64,000 nucleotides of DNA from the human T2T-CHM13v2.0 reference genome, Homo sapiens, in the NCBI RefSeq assembly GCF_009914755.1, contig NC_060926.1, one strand, 5' to 3'. The number at the start of each line of letters is the position of its first letter. The first letter of the stretch is position 1. The notes below the pieces were generated by a model that was given only the letters and a program-made list of their open reading frames with translations, was not told the origin of the DNA and searched no databases. Position numbers and translations under genes: made by a program. This document shows positions 28,949 through 45,825 of the stretch, piece after piece.

Positions 28949-30558
28949 GGGCACCGAGACCCAGGTTCTCTGCTAATGTGCTGTCAGCTTCTAGTCCTGA
29001 GCCTGACTATATGAGGCCAGGCCTATCGGCAGATAAGCCAACCTTGTCTTATCTCGTCTTCCTCCCCGCTGCTCCCAACTCTAACCCCCTATCTTCCTCT
29101 CAGCTCCCTTCTGAAGGCTGTCTCAGATCCCTCCTGGTAACACAGTCTCCGTCGACCCCCCTGAACCCACTCTTTTCTAATGTGACAAACCAATGTGCCA
29201 CGTGATCCTGCCCGCCTCGCCAGGACTGAAGCTCCTAAACACCTCCAGCACCTGCTCCACTCTCTCTATTAGAGGATTTTGTTCTGCCAGAGCTCCTGCC
29301 TGGGGTTGCAGACGGGGTGTGAGAGATCAGCCTGCTCCTGGCTTAATGCACATTCCAGATTCCTCCCCTTTGAGCCCCATGCTGCCAGCCACCATCCAAC
29401 ACCCATGGGCAGCTCACACTGAAGCACAGAGTGGGAGCCTCATGCCATAGGCCCTACCCTTCTGCCTCCCTCTGCCCATGCTGCTCGGTCCCAGCGTTGG
29501 CCCCAGCCCTGTTCCTGCTCCCCGTCCTGCCAGCCCAGCTCCTCACCCTTTGCTCGACTGCAGAGATTCCCGGCCCCACATCCTCCCTGTCTTTGGACGC
29601 CCAGCAGCTCGCATCACATCTCCCACACTGATGCTGAATGGGGCTGCAGGAACTCAGCCCAGCACCACAGACCCCTGGTCTCCAACTCCATATGTGGCTC
29701 AGGCCTCTCAGCAGCTTACACACCAGTGTCCACCCCTCCCCAAGTAGCTCCCATGGTTCCAGACCTCCCCTTCTCTCCCCATGCGCCAACCCCGCGTCCC
29801 CTTCCCAGCTCTCCCTGAAGACCCCAATCCAACTTCACAGAGCAAAGCAAGATGACAGAGGATCCTCTCCTTCCATCCTAAGAGGCCTTTGCATCTGGCC
29901 AAAAAGCTCAGCCTTCTCCTCTTCACAATTAGGAGTTACCCAGGACATTGCCCATTGCCCGGAGTGGGTAGAGAGGCCTGGGGATGCTGGAATGGGCAGA
30001 GCCTGCTGACATCTTACACACAGGGGACTTTGAGAGGTCTCCAGGCCTGGAAATTACTCTGAGCAGCGAAATTCGGGGGAATTAATTAACACTAGGATCA
30101 GGAGGAACTGGACGAAGAGCCTAAGTCACCCTTTATAGGGTTTTTTTTTTAAATTTTATTATTATTTTTTTCATTTAGTTGTTCTATTCTCAACATTTCA
30201 CATGCCCAGAGATTGAAAGGGGGAATTGTTCTGCAAAGTTCATTCTAGACAATGGTGATCCTCTTCACCGCCATTTCCTATTTCCCGGGGCCAGCTGCCT
30301 TCACCAACAGCTGCAGATTCTCTTGGTATCTACCTGCAAGTCTGAGATCACACCGCAGCGCTGGATGTAGCAATCCTGGTCCTTATCTAGCGATGCAGCC
30401 ACAGTGCCTGAGGACATGGCTCTGTTTTACTCCTTTGACTCCACAACGCACCTGAGCTGTGTCCTGCCCTCCACCTCCCGATTAGGTGATATAGTAACTT
30501 CAGTGAGATCAACAGTCAGTGCTTACATTCATCTAAACTTGTAAATGCGATGCCCAGC

Positions 30559-31051
30559 TGTGATGGTTAGTTTTACGTGTCCATGTGGCTAGGCTCTAGT
30601 GCCCAGCTATTAATTCAGATGCCAACCTGGGGGTTGCTGTGAAGGTGTTTTGTACAAACGGCTAATGTCTACAATCATTGACTTTAATCAAAGGAGAGGA
30701 TCCTAAGCCTTGTGGGTGGGCCCCACCCAATCAGTTGAAAGACCTTACGTACAAAACTGAGGTTTCCTTGAGGAGGAAGAAATTCTGCCTCCACATGTCA
30801 GTGTCAGCTCTTGGCTGAGAGTTTCCAGCCTGCCAGCTGCCCTACAGATTTTGGACTTGCTAACCCCACAATTACATCAGCCCATTCCTTGAAATAACTC
30901 TTTTTATGTTATGTATGCATACATACATATGTGTGTGTATGTATGTGTGCATGTGTATATATATATGTGTGTGTGTGCGTGTGTGTGTGTGTGTGTGTAT
31001 GGCTAACATGTTCCACAGGTTTGGTTTCTCTGGAGAGCCTTGATTAATATA
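30559..31051 (+). mobile_element. MLT2 (ERVL) solo LTR with internal (TA/TG)n
   Basis: 'tgtgatggttagttttacgtgtc...ggtttctctggagagccttgattaatata'; TSD ccagc/tcagc. Confidence 0.85.
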
Positions 31052-31764
31052 TCAGCTAAGCCTGGAATATATAAGCTTTCTACATCCTTCTGTTTTTCTA
31101 GGAGTTAATGATGGTCTTGGTTTTTATTTGCCTAGTTTCCAACGTAGTTAACAGTGATTTATCCCCAAATGTCCCATCCAGTGCTCTCTACATGTAAGTC
31201 TCTTTCTGGGGTGCTATGGAAGCCTCTTGCCTTGCAGGAAAGTCTGGGCCCTGCAGGGTTGGCCTCCCAGGACCCTGGAGGATTCGCTGGGTCTCACTGC
31301 CTTGTGGGACCACCCTCCGCACTCCTGGATTCCTGGATTCTGTGCCCTCTCTTGCCTGCTTTATTCCCTCAATTCAGTGAAGCACATCTTCATTGGTGTT
31401 CAGAGGCAATTGGAAATGTATTTCTCTCTCTTCAGACTGAGGGCTATAGAATTCTAGGCTGGAAATCACCTTTCCTCAGAGTCTCGAAGACACTGTTTTA
31501 TTGTCCCAGCATTGCTCTTGCCAAGTCCAAAGTGCACACTGATTCTGGATCCTTTGTCTGACGCTATCCCCGCCCTTTCTGAAAGCTGGAAGGTGTTATT
31601 TTTGCCCACAGTGTTGGGAAATTTCAAGGCAACGTGTCCTGGGAAGACTATTTGCATCTGCTGTGCTGTGCACTGGCTGGTCCCTGCCCTTTGGGAACCC
31701 ACATACTTCAGTTCTGGACTTTCCTTCTGCCTTCCTCTGTCTTCTCCTTTTGTTTTTTATTCTT

Positions 31765-32030
31765 GTTTTTTTTTTTTAAATTGACACATAGTAATTGCAC
31801 ATATGTATGGGGTACATGTGATATTTTGATACATGCCTACAATGTGTAATGATCAAATCAAGTTAGCTGGAATATCCATTGCCTCAAACATTCATCCTTT
31901 CTTTGTGCTGGGACCTTTTCAAATCTTCTTTTCCAGCTACTTTGAAACTTATAATAAGATATTGTTAACTATTGACACCCTCCTGTACTATGGAGTGCTA
32001 GAGCTGATTCTTTCTCTCTAACTGCTACCA
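31765..32030 (-). mobile_element. L1MA 3' end, within older L1M sequence (~31100-32700)
   Basis: 'aattgacacatagtaattgcacatatgtatggggtacatgtgatattttgatacatgc'. Confidence 0.8.
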
Positions 32031-32183
32031 TTTTCTTCTTCTTCTTTTTTTTTTTTAAATTTCAGAAGCCTTGTTATTCCCTTACATTACTTTTTTAAAA
32101 GCATTATATTTTTGCTCTTTAGTCCTTGCTGGGATTTTGATAGTTTTTTTTTTTTTTAAGTTTTTGTCTCCTTGTATGTTCTA

Positions 32184-32532
<349 letters not shown>

Positions 32533-34552
32533 CTAGGTGTTCTGCATGAACTGTTCAATTTGGGGAATTGCTTTCTTATGTTGATTCAGATTCCTGGACT
32601 CCAGCAAACTCATTCTTAGAAGCTCAAAGGCTGAGGTTCTGGGAGCCCCCTGGTAGAAGCAGGGTGGATGTCTTTTTTTTCCCCTAGTGCCTTCAGAACA
32701 GTGTTTCTGGCCCAGAGGTGCTGTTTCCTCCACACAAGACCCTGTCTGTTCTCCCCTCCGGGAGCTCCTCTAGTCTCTGCTAGGATGGAGGTGAGGTCAT
32801 CTGGTTGGTGGGCAGGGTAAGGAGATCTGGGAGTCTCTGTACTTTTAATCGACTTTCAACTCTTCCTGCAGTGCTTAGCCCACCCTCATCCCCTTCCAGA
32901 GTGCTGGATGCCACCAATCCCTGAGCTTCCTGGCTCTCTAGGGTTCAAATTCAGCTGCTAAGTTAGGATTCTCCTGTTTTTTGGATGGTTCAGTTGCAAT
33001 TGGTCCTGCCGCTCTTTGGCTTGCAAATCCTTTTTGCTATTGTCTTGTCTTCTCTTCTATTTGCCCTTGGAAATGTATGACTAAAGAATAAAACAAATGA
33101 CACAAGTGAAAACCTTTGCTGTATTTTAGTGGGGTCTCAGGAGGAAACGGGGTGAATGCGTGTGTGCAGTGCTTTGAAATTTACAGGCAGCTTCCCTCAC
33201 CTGCCCTCCATGCATTCAGCAGCCACTGTTTCTGAAGCTTAGACCTGGAGGGTGGCTTTCATAAGGACTCTCTTCCTGGCAGGGGAGGTCTCCAGATTGG
33301 GAGTCATTCCGGATGTGAGGAATTCTCATTCCACTTTTGGATCCTAACAGCTGGTGACTAGGAGTAAGAGCTGCTTCATGTGATAAGTAATGACCCTGAG
33401 GTTCTGAATTGGGGCTGGTAGAGAGCCCCTCGTGAGTCCTGGGAGTGTTTGGGTCTCCTGCAATCTTATCAGCTAATATCCAATGCTTTTGTCGCACCCT
33501 TCACTAAGAATGTGCCTCTCCAGGAGTCTAATGGACTCAGTCTCGTCCCTCAAAGTGTGGTTCTTCATATTAATGAAAATTGATCCCTTTCTGACTTCAC
33601 GATGCTGGGCGCTGTGAGCATTCAAAGCACAGCAGATTAACTTCTACGTGGCTGTGCTCAGGGGTGATCTGGGCTTAGGCTGGCTGGCTCCATCCCTGCT
33701 TCCTGGTCCAGCCTGGGAGTGATGGAGTCCCCCAGGGCACTTGCCTCTGTCCCTGGTGTTGCATCTACACTGAGCCTGAAGCGTTCCGTTGAGAGATGGC
33801 AAAGGCGGCTCATGAGACGATCTTGTCTGGCCTCGGCTTGACTTCATTGCGATGGATGCAATTACAGCTCCAAGGGGACATGCTGTTTCTTGGAAAATCA
33901 TTTGTTTTCTTTCAAATCATGGACCTGATGGATCTAGGAGAACTTACTTTCACTGACTGGCTAGCTGATGCTACCTACAACTTGGCTTTTAGTGTTTTCT
34001 GTGGTCATCTATGTAGGTAAAGAGAGATGTAAAGAATGAAGCCTGAAGGAAATTAATTTCCTAATTTTTATTTTAAAAGCTATATAGAGTCTTTAAAAGC
34101 TCAGTTATGGAAGTATAATTTAAATGGAATAAAATTCACCAACTTTTTAAAATTTTTTTACTGTTTTATTTAATGAATATTAATTTTCTTATAGAAAACA
34201 TAGAATTTCTAGCAATTAATATTGTAGTAAGAATAGATGTATGAAGTCACAGATAATCTTGCTAAACAAAGATCTTCTCTTGTAGATCCAAAGTCATGAG
34301 TAGGCCTAAACTGGCAGTACCTATTGTTCATTTATTGTAGGAGGATTTCCCATTTTATAAACAAACATGTTATTTATGGGAGGAGGTTCAGGGCTTCAGA
34401 ATGTCTTCAGTGTATATTTCCTGATACTCAAGGGGTGGAATTCCCCTTCTGTCCATCAGGTGACAGCTACTTGCAGCTGAGGGCATTTTGCAGAGGCTTC
34501 TCCAGAGTTAAACACATAAAAAGATAATTCCCTGGTAACCAAATATGGCCGC

Positions 34553-34925
34553 TGTATTAGCCCATTCTCACGCTGCTGTGAAGACATACCTGAGACTGTG
34601 TAATTTATGAAGGAAAGAGGTTTAGTTGACTCACAGTTCCACATGGCTGGGGAGGCCTCAGGAAACTTACAATCATGGCAGAAGGGGAAGAAAACATGTC
34701 CTTCTTCACATGGCAGCAGCTAGGAGAAGTGCCGAGCAAAGGTGGAAAAAACCCCTTATAAAACCATCAGATCTTGTGAGAACTCACTCACTATCATGAG
34801 AATAGCATAAGGGTAACACCCCCATGATTTAATTACCTCCCACCAGGTCCCTCCCACGACTTGTGAGGATTATGGGAACTACAATTCAAAATGAGATTGG
34901 GTGGGGACACAGCCAAACCAGATCA
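34553..34925 (-). mobile_element. THE1 (D-like) MaLR solo LTR within the CEP19 retrocopy 3' region
   Basis: 'tgtattagcccattctcacgctgct...gaggcctcaggaaacttacaatcatggcagaagg...ggggacacagccaaaccagatca'. Confidence 0.9.
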
Positions 34926-35274
34926 CTTCCCACCCCAATCTTACCAAACTATAAATTACTTACTGTTATATATGTGTATATATATATAATTTCTTATCTC
35001 TTTACTATCTCCCCTCCCCTTCTTTTCAGTTGCTCCTCTCTAGAATCCTACACAAGCTTTTACCCAAATACTACCATTTCAAGGGCCAGCAAAGTCCTTC
35101 ACTAAAGGACAAAGTCTTCCTTTGCTATTCTACTCTACAGTCATCTAGGCTCTGACCTTTAGCCATTATCAAGCATCTGGCTTTAATCTTTTGGTTGCCT
35201 AATACTGCTAATTAGCTTTTCACAAGTTTTGACATCTTCCAATTAGATTATAGGCTCCTTAAAGGCAGATTCCT

Positions 35275-35588
<314 letters not shown>

Positions 35589-36666
35589 TAAGGCAGATTC
35601 CTTTATTCCATTTTTTCTATTTTCCTCATGCACCTACATAGTAGATGCTCTAAATGTCCTGGTTTTGAAAAGTAATATAGTCAATCCCCCGTGACTCAAC
35701 ATATACATTTTAGTGTTCTCTAAAGATTTTTCTAGAACCAATCTATGTTATTTATATAAACATGAATATTCTGCTAGCCCAATAAATCTTTTGAGTGTTT
35801 CGTATCAGAACTTATGAGCTGACTGTGTCCCAGCCACAGGACTGCAGCTGTTCATCCTGTGGGATTTTGACCTCAATGTTGTAAACAAAATTTGGATCAT
35901 TCTTCTGATTTTTCTCAAAAAGTTCATCCATGATGCTCTTCCTTTTGGCAAGGTCCTTGTCATCCAGTGTGTTCAGGTCTTTTCCAGGATCAATGGTTGT
36001 TTCCGGTCCAATTTGTCCCATTGTTTCTGCCCAACTCTGCCTCCACAGGTAACCTCGTAAAAAACCGGATAGCTTCTCTAGCTGCCTCGGGAATCCTTGT
36101 TATGGGTAACTCTCGTGTCGTAGGTTATTCTTTAGCTGTTCAGCCGCTTGCGTGCAACCTGAAAACTTTGAAAAATTTTGAACTGGCAGAATGCGCGAGC
36201 GAATTCTCCCCTTGAATTTCATTCTCGTAGATTAAGATGCTAGCTGGAGGCTAAAATCAGATGCCACACTTCTTGGCAGCGCACATCATTCCCACACACA
36301 CTTCAGAGGATATCGGAGGAAATCTGATGAAAATGTGTAAGTTGCATAATGACTTCCTGCCTTGGAAAAATACAGAAAGGGCATCTTCTTCTGCAGGCCA
36401 ACATCTATACTGCTTGGAAGGGGTTGCTCCCACCCAACAGCAATGCAAAGAGGAGCACCTAAGTAGACTTTGAGGCTGGGCAGAGCCTGGTACTGCAGGA
36501 AGAGACAACGGCCTCAGTCCTACTGATGTGGCTGGATGAACTCCCTGGAAGTAGAGGTGGGGCCGGCACAGGGCACCATATGCTGGCTCCCATGATGGCA
36601 TGCATGGCTTCAGAGTTCTGAGGGGCACTGGTTAAGCTGTTTCCACAGCAACACCCAGGGCTCACC

Positions 36667-37190
36667 AAAATTCACCCATTCTAAGTGTACAGCTCAATGA
36701 GTTTTTTGACAGTATACAGTATATAGTCACGCAACCACCACTTTCTATATTCAAGAAATAGAATGTGTCCGTTCTTGGGAAAAGCCCCTTGTGCCTCTTG
36801 GTGGTCCTCCCTTCCCCTCTGCTCCCAGGCAACCACCGCTCTGCTTTCTGTCTCCGTAGTTTTGCCTTCCCTAGAGAAGTGAAATCACACAATTAGACAC
36901 TCTTTCACTTAACAAAGTGTTGCTGTGTATCAGAAGTGTGTTTCTGTTCACCTTTGGGTAATATTCCATTACATGTTGATACCATCATTTGTTTTTCTGC
37001 TCCTCAGTTGATAGATATTTGTGTGGTTTCCTATCTTCGGCTATTATAAAGGAAGCTGCTACAAACATTTTGCGTATGACTCTCTGTGTGTTCGTTTGCT
37101 TTAATTTCTCTTGGATAAATACCTAGGAATAGACTTGCTAGGTCATGTGTCAGTGTATGTTAAACTTTATAAGCAAGTGCATAACTGTAA
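36667..37190 (-). mobile_element. L1M (MB/MC-like) 3' end; its extreme 3' part lies at ~34090-34146
   Basis: 'aaaattcacccattctaagtgtacagctcaatgagttttttgac...' continues 'gaagtataatttaaatggaataaaattcacc'. Confidence 0.8.
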
Positions 37191-37204
37191 AAGTTATATA
37201 GATG

Positions 37205-37373
37205 ACACATGGCTACTCACATTTAAATTAAATAAAATAAAAATTTAAAGTCACTTCCTCAGTTGCAATTGCCACAGGTCAGGTGCTTCTCACTAGCCAC
37301 ATGCAAATATGTATGGGATAGCACAGCATGGAATATTTACATCATACAGGAAACTTCCATTGGACAGCACTGG
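37205..37373. mobile_element. MER3/MER33-like hAT-Charlie fragment
   Basis: 'cacatggctact...ctagccacatg...ccattggacagcactg'. Confidence 0.65.
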
Positions 37374-39114
37374 TACAGAATTTAATATATTGGGTTTCAG
37401 AACAGAAATACTTGTATTGATTTGGGCAAAGGATATTTTACAAAGCCATGGATAGCCTTTCTCACTATTGTTTATATGAACAATAAGACGCTTGCCAAGT
37501 CTAGGCAAAGAGGAAGCATCCCATCTTGTGTTAGCTTTGTGGAAAAAAATATTAGGAGCAGCCCAAGGACCAAAGCATCTGACAGCCTGAAGAAGTGATT
37601 GTTCATCCCGTCACAGCTGGCTGTCCATGTGGGGATACCACCCACAGGGACCCAATTTCCTCCAGACCTTGGCAAACTCCTGTCGACAGCTCCAAGACCC
37701 AAGGACTCCATAGAATGGAGAGGGGGCTCTGCTCACGGCTGGGAAAATGCCAGGGGCCCCATGACAGGTGACATAATGAACTGATTGGAATCATTATCTC
37801 AGAAATAAGCTTTCTCCATTGCTTCTCAGATGGTGTCTTCATTCATCACTGATAAGAAAGGACATGGAGCCCAGCTGAGAGAGTACAAGTCACCCATCCA
37901 CCTTCACACCTTCAAGGCTTCCAGTTCCAGCATCCTTGACTCTGTTTATGGATGAAGACCTTAGGATTTGGCAAATAGAATTTTTTTTCTGACCATGGTC
38001 CAGATGGGCTTGTTTTACCTTGGCTTTTTTACATGCGGTTCCAATTTCCTGGCAGCTGGGGCTACTGGTGAGGAATCAGGACCCAGGACAATCAGGGGCA
38101 TTGACTGTGGGCATGGTTCAGTTTCTTGTGTGTGGTCTCGCTCAAGAAGGGAGGGCACATCACTACAGAAGGGTTTTTTGTTACCTCTGGGGCAATGTTG
38201 TGTTTTGTGAAAGAAAGTATTTTAACCACACATTTGAACAAAGCTGGCAAAACAATAGTTCCTCTTGTGGTCTTAGCCATTAATCTTCTTTTATGTAAGG
38301 AGAAAATCGGATGCCTTAATGATGTCATCATTTGGCCTGGAAAAGAACCAATGGAGTTAAAGGACCCCATTGTTTCCCTGACACAGTGGTGGAAGAGGAA
38401 GAGGCATTTGCTTTTACTGTTCCAGAGAGAAGAGGGCACGTCTGCAGCCCACCACCCATAAACACGCTGGAATCTTAACACTGGGAGGATTCGCCAGGAG
38501 GGCTTTGTGGACATAGTCTTCATTTCCACAGAGGCTCCTCCATCTGTCATCTGCTTTCTTGTCACCCCCCAAATAAAAAGAGCTCAAATTTGTTTATGGT
38601 AAGTCTACTGGAAAGTCCCTTCCCATAACCCTTCACTCTATGGTTCCTTTCTCTCTTCACCTTTGGTGGAAAAGTGAATTAGGGCAATAAAGCAATAAAG
38701 CCATCTTCTGAGAGGTGTCAGTCAGCCAGGGAAAATGTGGGTGTGTTGTAGATACTTTGCAGGAAGAAGCTGGATGGTGTGACAAGCCCATTTTGGGGGA
38801 AGAGTATCAGGGTTAACTGCTGCCCTTCCGGGGCAATTCTGCAAAACTAAAATCTCCATGGACTTTCTGAGCAAGGGTTCCTGGGGCAAGGGATGAGAAA
38901 GAGAAGACAGATGTGGCAGAAAAAGAGAGGGACACCAAATCATGTAGACAGGAGACTCCCAGGCACCCATCCAGATTTAACTCTGTGTGCACAAAAAGCT
39001 GCCTTGATGGCAAAGTGGCAGCTCACAAATGGCCCCACAGTGTGACTATTTACGTCCAGTCTCTACATGCCCTTGCAGAGACGATGTAACCAGCAGGGTT
39101 ACATAATTGACTTT

Positions 39115-39601
39115 CAGTAGATGATGCAAAAGTGATCCCAATGTTTTGCCCTTTCCTCCACTCATGCCTTTTGCAATGTGACTTTGCACTCTTTCCCTCA
39201 AGAGTTGGAGTTCATTTCTATGTTCCTTGAATCGAACTGGTCTTTTGGCTTGCTTTAGCCAACAGAGTGGGGTGGAAGCGACTGAGTTCTGAGTCTAGGC
39301 CTCAAGATGTTTTGTACAATTCTGCTGTCTCACTTGGACCCTTGCCTCTACCGTGAAAACAAGCCCAGGCTAAGTGGTTAGAAGGAGAGAGACTAAATGT
39401 ATGTATGGAACAGAGAGAGCTGAATCTTCCTAGCTGAGACCAGGCTAGACCAGCTATCATCCAGCCTGCTTACAGATGTACCAACAAGTCCAGTGGAACC
39501 TGCCCAGGCAAACTCTAGGCTTGTAAGGAATCATGCATGATTGTTTCTTTAAGCCGCTAAGTTTTGGGGAGGTTTGTTACACAGCAGCAACTAACTGATA
39601 A
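39115..39601 (+). mobile_element. MLT1 MaLR LTR
   Basis: 'tgtgactttgcac...cttgctttagccaacagagt...taagttttggggaggtttgttacacagcagcaactaactgata'. Confidence 0.75.
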
Positions 39602-40214
39602 CTCTTTATAAGAGATATTGAGGGTAAAGAGATTATAGATGAGATAAAATCATGATAAAAGCCAAACGACAACAGCACTGGCTTGTGCATAAGCTGTGGA
39701 TACCATGAAGCAGAGCCCTGGGGTGTGTCCTCCCAGGCTTGGGAACCAGTAGTTAGTGAGGTTGATTATGGCCCCCACCAGGATGGAAGAGGAGTGGGCT
39801 TTGGCCCTGGAATCTGACAGGAGCAGCAGGGAGGTCAAACTGCAAGGCACTCGAGCCTCTCCATCCAGCTTGGAAAAGAGCACTTTCTTTAGATCCTTGA
39901 CTCAATCAACTCCCATCTCTAAAGCCAGCACTCAGACTGCTGTGAAAGTGAGCATTCTCTGGCTTCCCTACATTATGCAGCCAATCTGTAAACTAGATCA
40001 TCAGCACTGGGCAATTTAAAGTTTACTATAAGAATAACAAGCATTTATTGAAACAGATGCAGACTATTAAACCACACCACTTAGAGAAAAGAGCTGTTTA
40101 ACATTTTGGTGAGCTTCCTTCACACATCTCACAGTGTACAAACATACACATAGAGTTTTAATAAATGCAATCCTAAGATTCAAATTTATGTTTATTTTCC
40201 TAAAATTGCAAAAT

Positions 40215-40594
<380 letters not shown>

Positions 40595-41418
40595 TCAACG
40601 AACAAGAAATGTCTGAAGTTAAATATGAAAGTTCTCCTCCTCTCTAAGTGTGAATTTCTTTCAGTGTATTCATTAAAACATTGTTTCCTTTGTAATTTTG
40701 CTGTATGTTCTGTGTTCTAAAACACTCACTTGTTTTTCAGCTACATCCATTTAACTACCAGTTAGTCCACCAAGTTCTTGTTTAGATTGTTATTATTGTT
40801 TTATTGTCTTTAATTTCTAAAACTTGTTGACTATCTTCTCTTTGATCATTTTCTTAGCAGTCTGTTCTTCTTTCATGAATGGAGTATGGATTCTTAAAGT
40901 TTTCTACAGATATTCATTAGGCTTATAAAAATGTCTTTTTCTTTCTTGTGTGGACCACGTTTCCTTGAAAACCATTTGCTTTGCTTGCCACTTTAAGCCA
41001 GTTGATTTCCCTCAAATGACTCATGATTCCTGTTGTGGGCTTTTATCTGTCAATGAAGATCTCAATTTAATCAGTATTGGTAACTGTTGTGAGCATCTTT
41101 TGAAAATATGAAAGCCACTGCTTTGATTCTCTAGTTAGGTAGATCCCTGGTGTGCAAGGCTTGGCTGTGTGTTTGGGGGTGGGCTTACCCATGGCTGCAA
41201 GAAGGTGAATATTTGCCAGTAGACACTTCTCTTTGGTTTGTGTGGATAGAGAAGTAGTTCCTGGACTGGAGGTTCTCTTTTGTGAAGGAAGAAAGGTAGA
41301 AGGTATCTTGGGAGTGGAGTAGGTTAGTAAGTTTGGGGATCGTTTGGAGGGTGTGTTAACAGGCCCCTCGCTGGGCACCACCTGCCGAGTTTCTGATTCG
41401 GGGGGTCTGGGGTGGTAG

Positions 41419-42148
<730 letters not shown>

Positions 42149-43324
42149 CATCTTTCTAACACACAGTAGGTGCTGACGCTGGTGGTCCCAGAATGACCAT
42201 CTAGAAACACTGATTAGGGGACTTCACTGCTATGCTGAAAGCTTTTTGCTTTTTACCTCTCCGTGCTGAAGTGGTAGCAGGAAGCTGCCCAGGGACAGGG
42301 CCAGCCTCCTGCGTGGCCCTGATGCTCTCACACAGTCCATAGACCTGCAGCACAGTCCTAGACCTTCCTAGAATCTGGCTGCCGACTCGCAGCCCCAGCC
42401 TGCTCCCTGCATTTGAGTTTGAGGCATTTCCCAGGCTGTGTAGGAAAAAGTGGTCCACTCACTTTTCCTGCAGCCTCTGATGGCTGTGATTTGTTTCAGC
42501 TCTGACTAAATTTCATCACTGCCATCCTTTCTGCTTTGCATCATTCATAGATTTTGAACAATTTTCTCGAGTTACTGGTGGCCTAGCCTATCTTCTGGCA
42601 TTGTGATGAGCTCCTTCTCCTTCTTACCTTTTCAAATGATAATTTCTAAATACACAAAAAGTAGAGAAAATAATATAATAAACTCCTGTGTACCTGCCAC
42701 TGAATTTTACAGGCTTTTGCTTTTTAAATATTTCTTTTGTCATTTAAATAAGATTTGGAGAGGAAGGCTAGTAAACCAAGAGTTCAATCTGCCATCTGGA
42801 CCTGGTATCCCCCACCCCTTATCATTTTAAATTATTATCATCCAAGATTGTTTATAAGTTTCCATTATCAACATACTCACCAACCCAGTTATTCCAGCTG
42901 TGCTGTGTTTCTAGAAAATACTGCCCATGTGACACATGCAATTGCATTTCATGAATAGCTACAGATAAGCCCAACATCTACAGCAATGGAGACCGCATGG
43001 ATATGACTGAGCAGTCTCCACTGTAGACCCTGTGAGACTTTAAGCCTTGAGGACACACGTGAGCCTCATCATGGATATTAGCACCTGCATTGTGGGAGGA
43101 CAGTTTTTTTTTTTTTTTTTTCCATTTATAGATTAAACTTCCTCTTGTATTTAGTCCATGCCTCCAGTTCTCAGATTCTTGCTACTTTTCTCCCAGCTGC
43201 ATATCCTTGCACCTGTCTCCAAATGGCAAGCCTCGGCTATACTTGGATAAACTTTCAGGTTGTGTTTGGATAAACTTTTAGGCACAAGGTGGAGATCAAC
43301 GATGTTGACTTTCTTGAGAGTTAA

Positions 43325-44021
<697 letters not shown>

Positions 44022-44079
44022 TGAGAAACATACAGTTGGCAATAAACAATGGGAATTTAGAACGAAGGTTTCCCTACCT

Positions 44080-44240
44080 ACTACTGCGTGTTCTTGGGCA
44101 CAGTACTTAACTTCCCCAATTCTTGTTTCTCTCATCTGTTAAAAGAGAAAGTGTCCACCTCATGGAATTATTGGGAGGATCATATAGGATGATGTCATAA
44201 AATCTCATGGGGTTCGACCTGGCACACAGTGGGAGCTCAA
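44080..44240. mobile_element. MIR fragment
   Basis: 'ttgggcacagtacttaacttccc...tttctctcatctgttaaaa...acctcatgg...ctggcacacagt'. Confidence 0.65.
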
Positions 44241-45824
44241 CTCCCGTCAGCCTGGGCTTCCCACTGTGCAGTCACTGCTTTGCTGTGCTGGGTGGGAGCG
44301 GCAGAGCCCAGGTAGGAATTGGAATTGTTAGGAAATTCTTCGTGAAGCAGTTGACCAAGGAAAAGGAAGACTTTGAAAAGTTTTTTCTGCATATACTGGT
44401 CAGGATTCTTTCAATTATAAATAACAGAGACCCACCTCATACTGGCTGAAGCCAACAAAAAGAACTGTGGCTCTGGTGCCTGTACTATCCGGAGGGACGG
44501 CTGGGGCCTGGGCTTCCTGGGCGTCAGCCCGGGTCTCTTTCTCTCTCCATTTCTCAGGGCTGCTCTTCCTCCATTTTCAAGTAGGAGCTCGGAGCTCACA
44601 CGGTGTTGGGTTTATTTTCGGGCACAATCGATCCCACTGTCTGTGCTCCCTGAGGAGCCCAAGTTTCCATCAGAATCACAGCCAGCAATTCCAGAGGACA
44701 CCCGGCTGCTTTTCCCAATAGTTCCAGCAACACCCTGGAGCTGGATCGCATCCCCCACACTTGGGCCATGTGCCTGTCTGTGGCAAGAGGAATGGATGCA
44801 CTTATTGGTCAGGCCTGAGGCACACACCCCCATCCTAGAACTGACCCACTCAAACCATAGAGACTGAGAGTGAGGGAGGGGGACTTCCTAAATGAAAATT
44901 GACATGCTCCAGTCAGTAAAAAAAGGAACGGACATAAGGTAGGCAAAACCAGCAGATAAATGCCACACTAAAGAAATGTGTTTTCCTTGGCATGGATATA
45001 CCTGGCCCTAATTGAGGGTCATTTCGGTGGTAACCATTTCTCACCAGGCAAATATCTGTGTGAGTGGAGCTGTGCATATATCTGCGAGGGGAGCTGCCAG
45101 GTCAAAGTACATCTGAATTTTAGATTAGACAGATATTGCCAAATTACTCCCAACTCCTGCTCTTTTGAGTCTTAGCACTTTAGGTCTCTCCCTTCCTGAC
45201 TGTGTTCTATAGTCACCTTGCCAGCCCTAGTGGGGATCGCTCCAAAAGAGTGCCCGCTGGTACCTCCACCTGGATTCTGTTTCAGGGCTCTGCTCTCCCC
45301 TGTTCCTTAAAGGTCAGAATTTGAAGCAGATTCCTATTGAGCTCAAAGCCCTGTCCCACTTCATGCCAAAGGATTGCTTCTCGCGCTGCTTTCTGCTCCA
45401 ACTGATGTATCACATTAGCAGCTAACAGTGGTCATCAGCATGTGGGCTGGTCCCCATACTCCGGGGCCCCACCTGGAAAGCCTTCCCTGGGTGCAGATGG
45501 GCAGGGCACACCTGCTCCTGCTGTGGCTCACACTTCCCCTCTTTGGCCCCTGTTCCCACTATCCTAGGTCGGCACTGCCTGGTGGAGTGTCTGCCAGGTT
45601 GTGCATGGAAGTCTGGGAATTTGGAGGAGAAAGAACCTTCTGTGATGGCTACTTCCTGGGAGGCCATCAGCTGTCTCTATGCCTCTCCTCCCCCTGTGGC
45701 CAGGAAGAACAGAGTAGCCCAGAGGCAACTCAGTGTGCATGTGTGATCCAAGAAATGAGAGAGCACCCAGTGCCAGCCAGCCATTTCAAAGGGCTTCCCC
45801 AGCCAGCGATGGGAGTGGGGCATA

Positions 45825-45825
45825 T

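Noticed and set aside
35812-36021. Functional short CEP19 C-terminal protein
   Set aside because: Part of a retrocopy with upstream stops and frameshifts, many substitutions and a frameshifted C-terminus.
38092-38565. 157-aa ORF as a possible retroviral or exonic remnant
   Set aside because: No RT, integrase or env motifs and no convincing splice signals found by eye.
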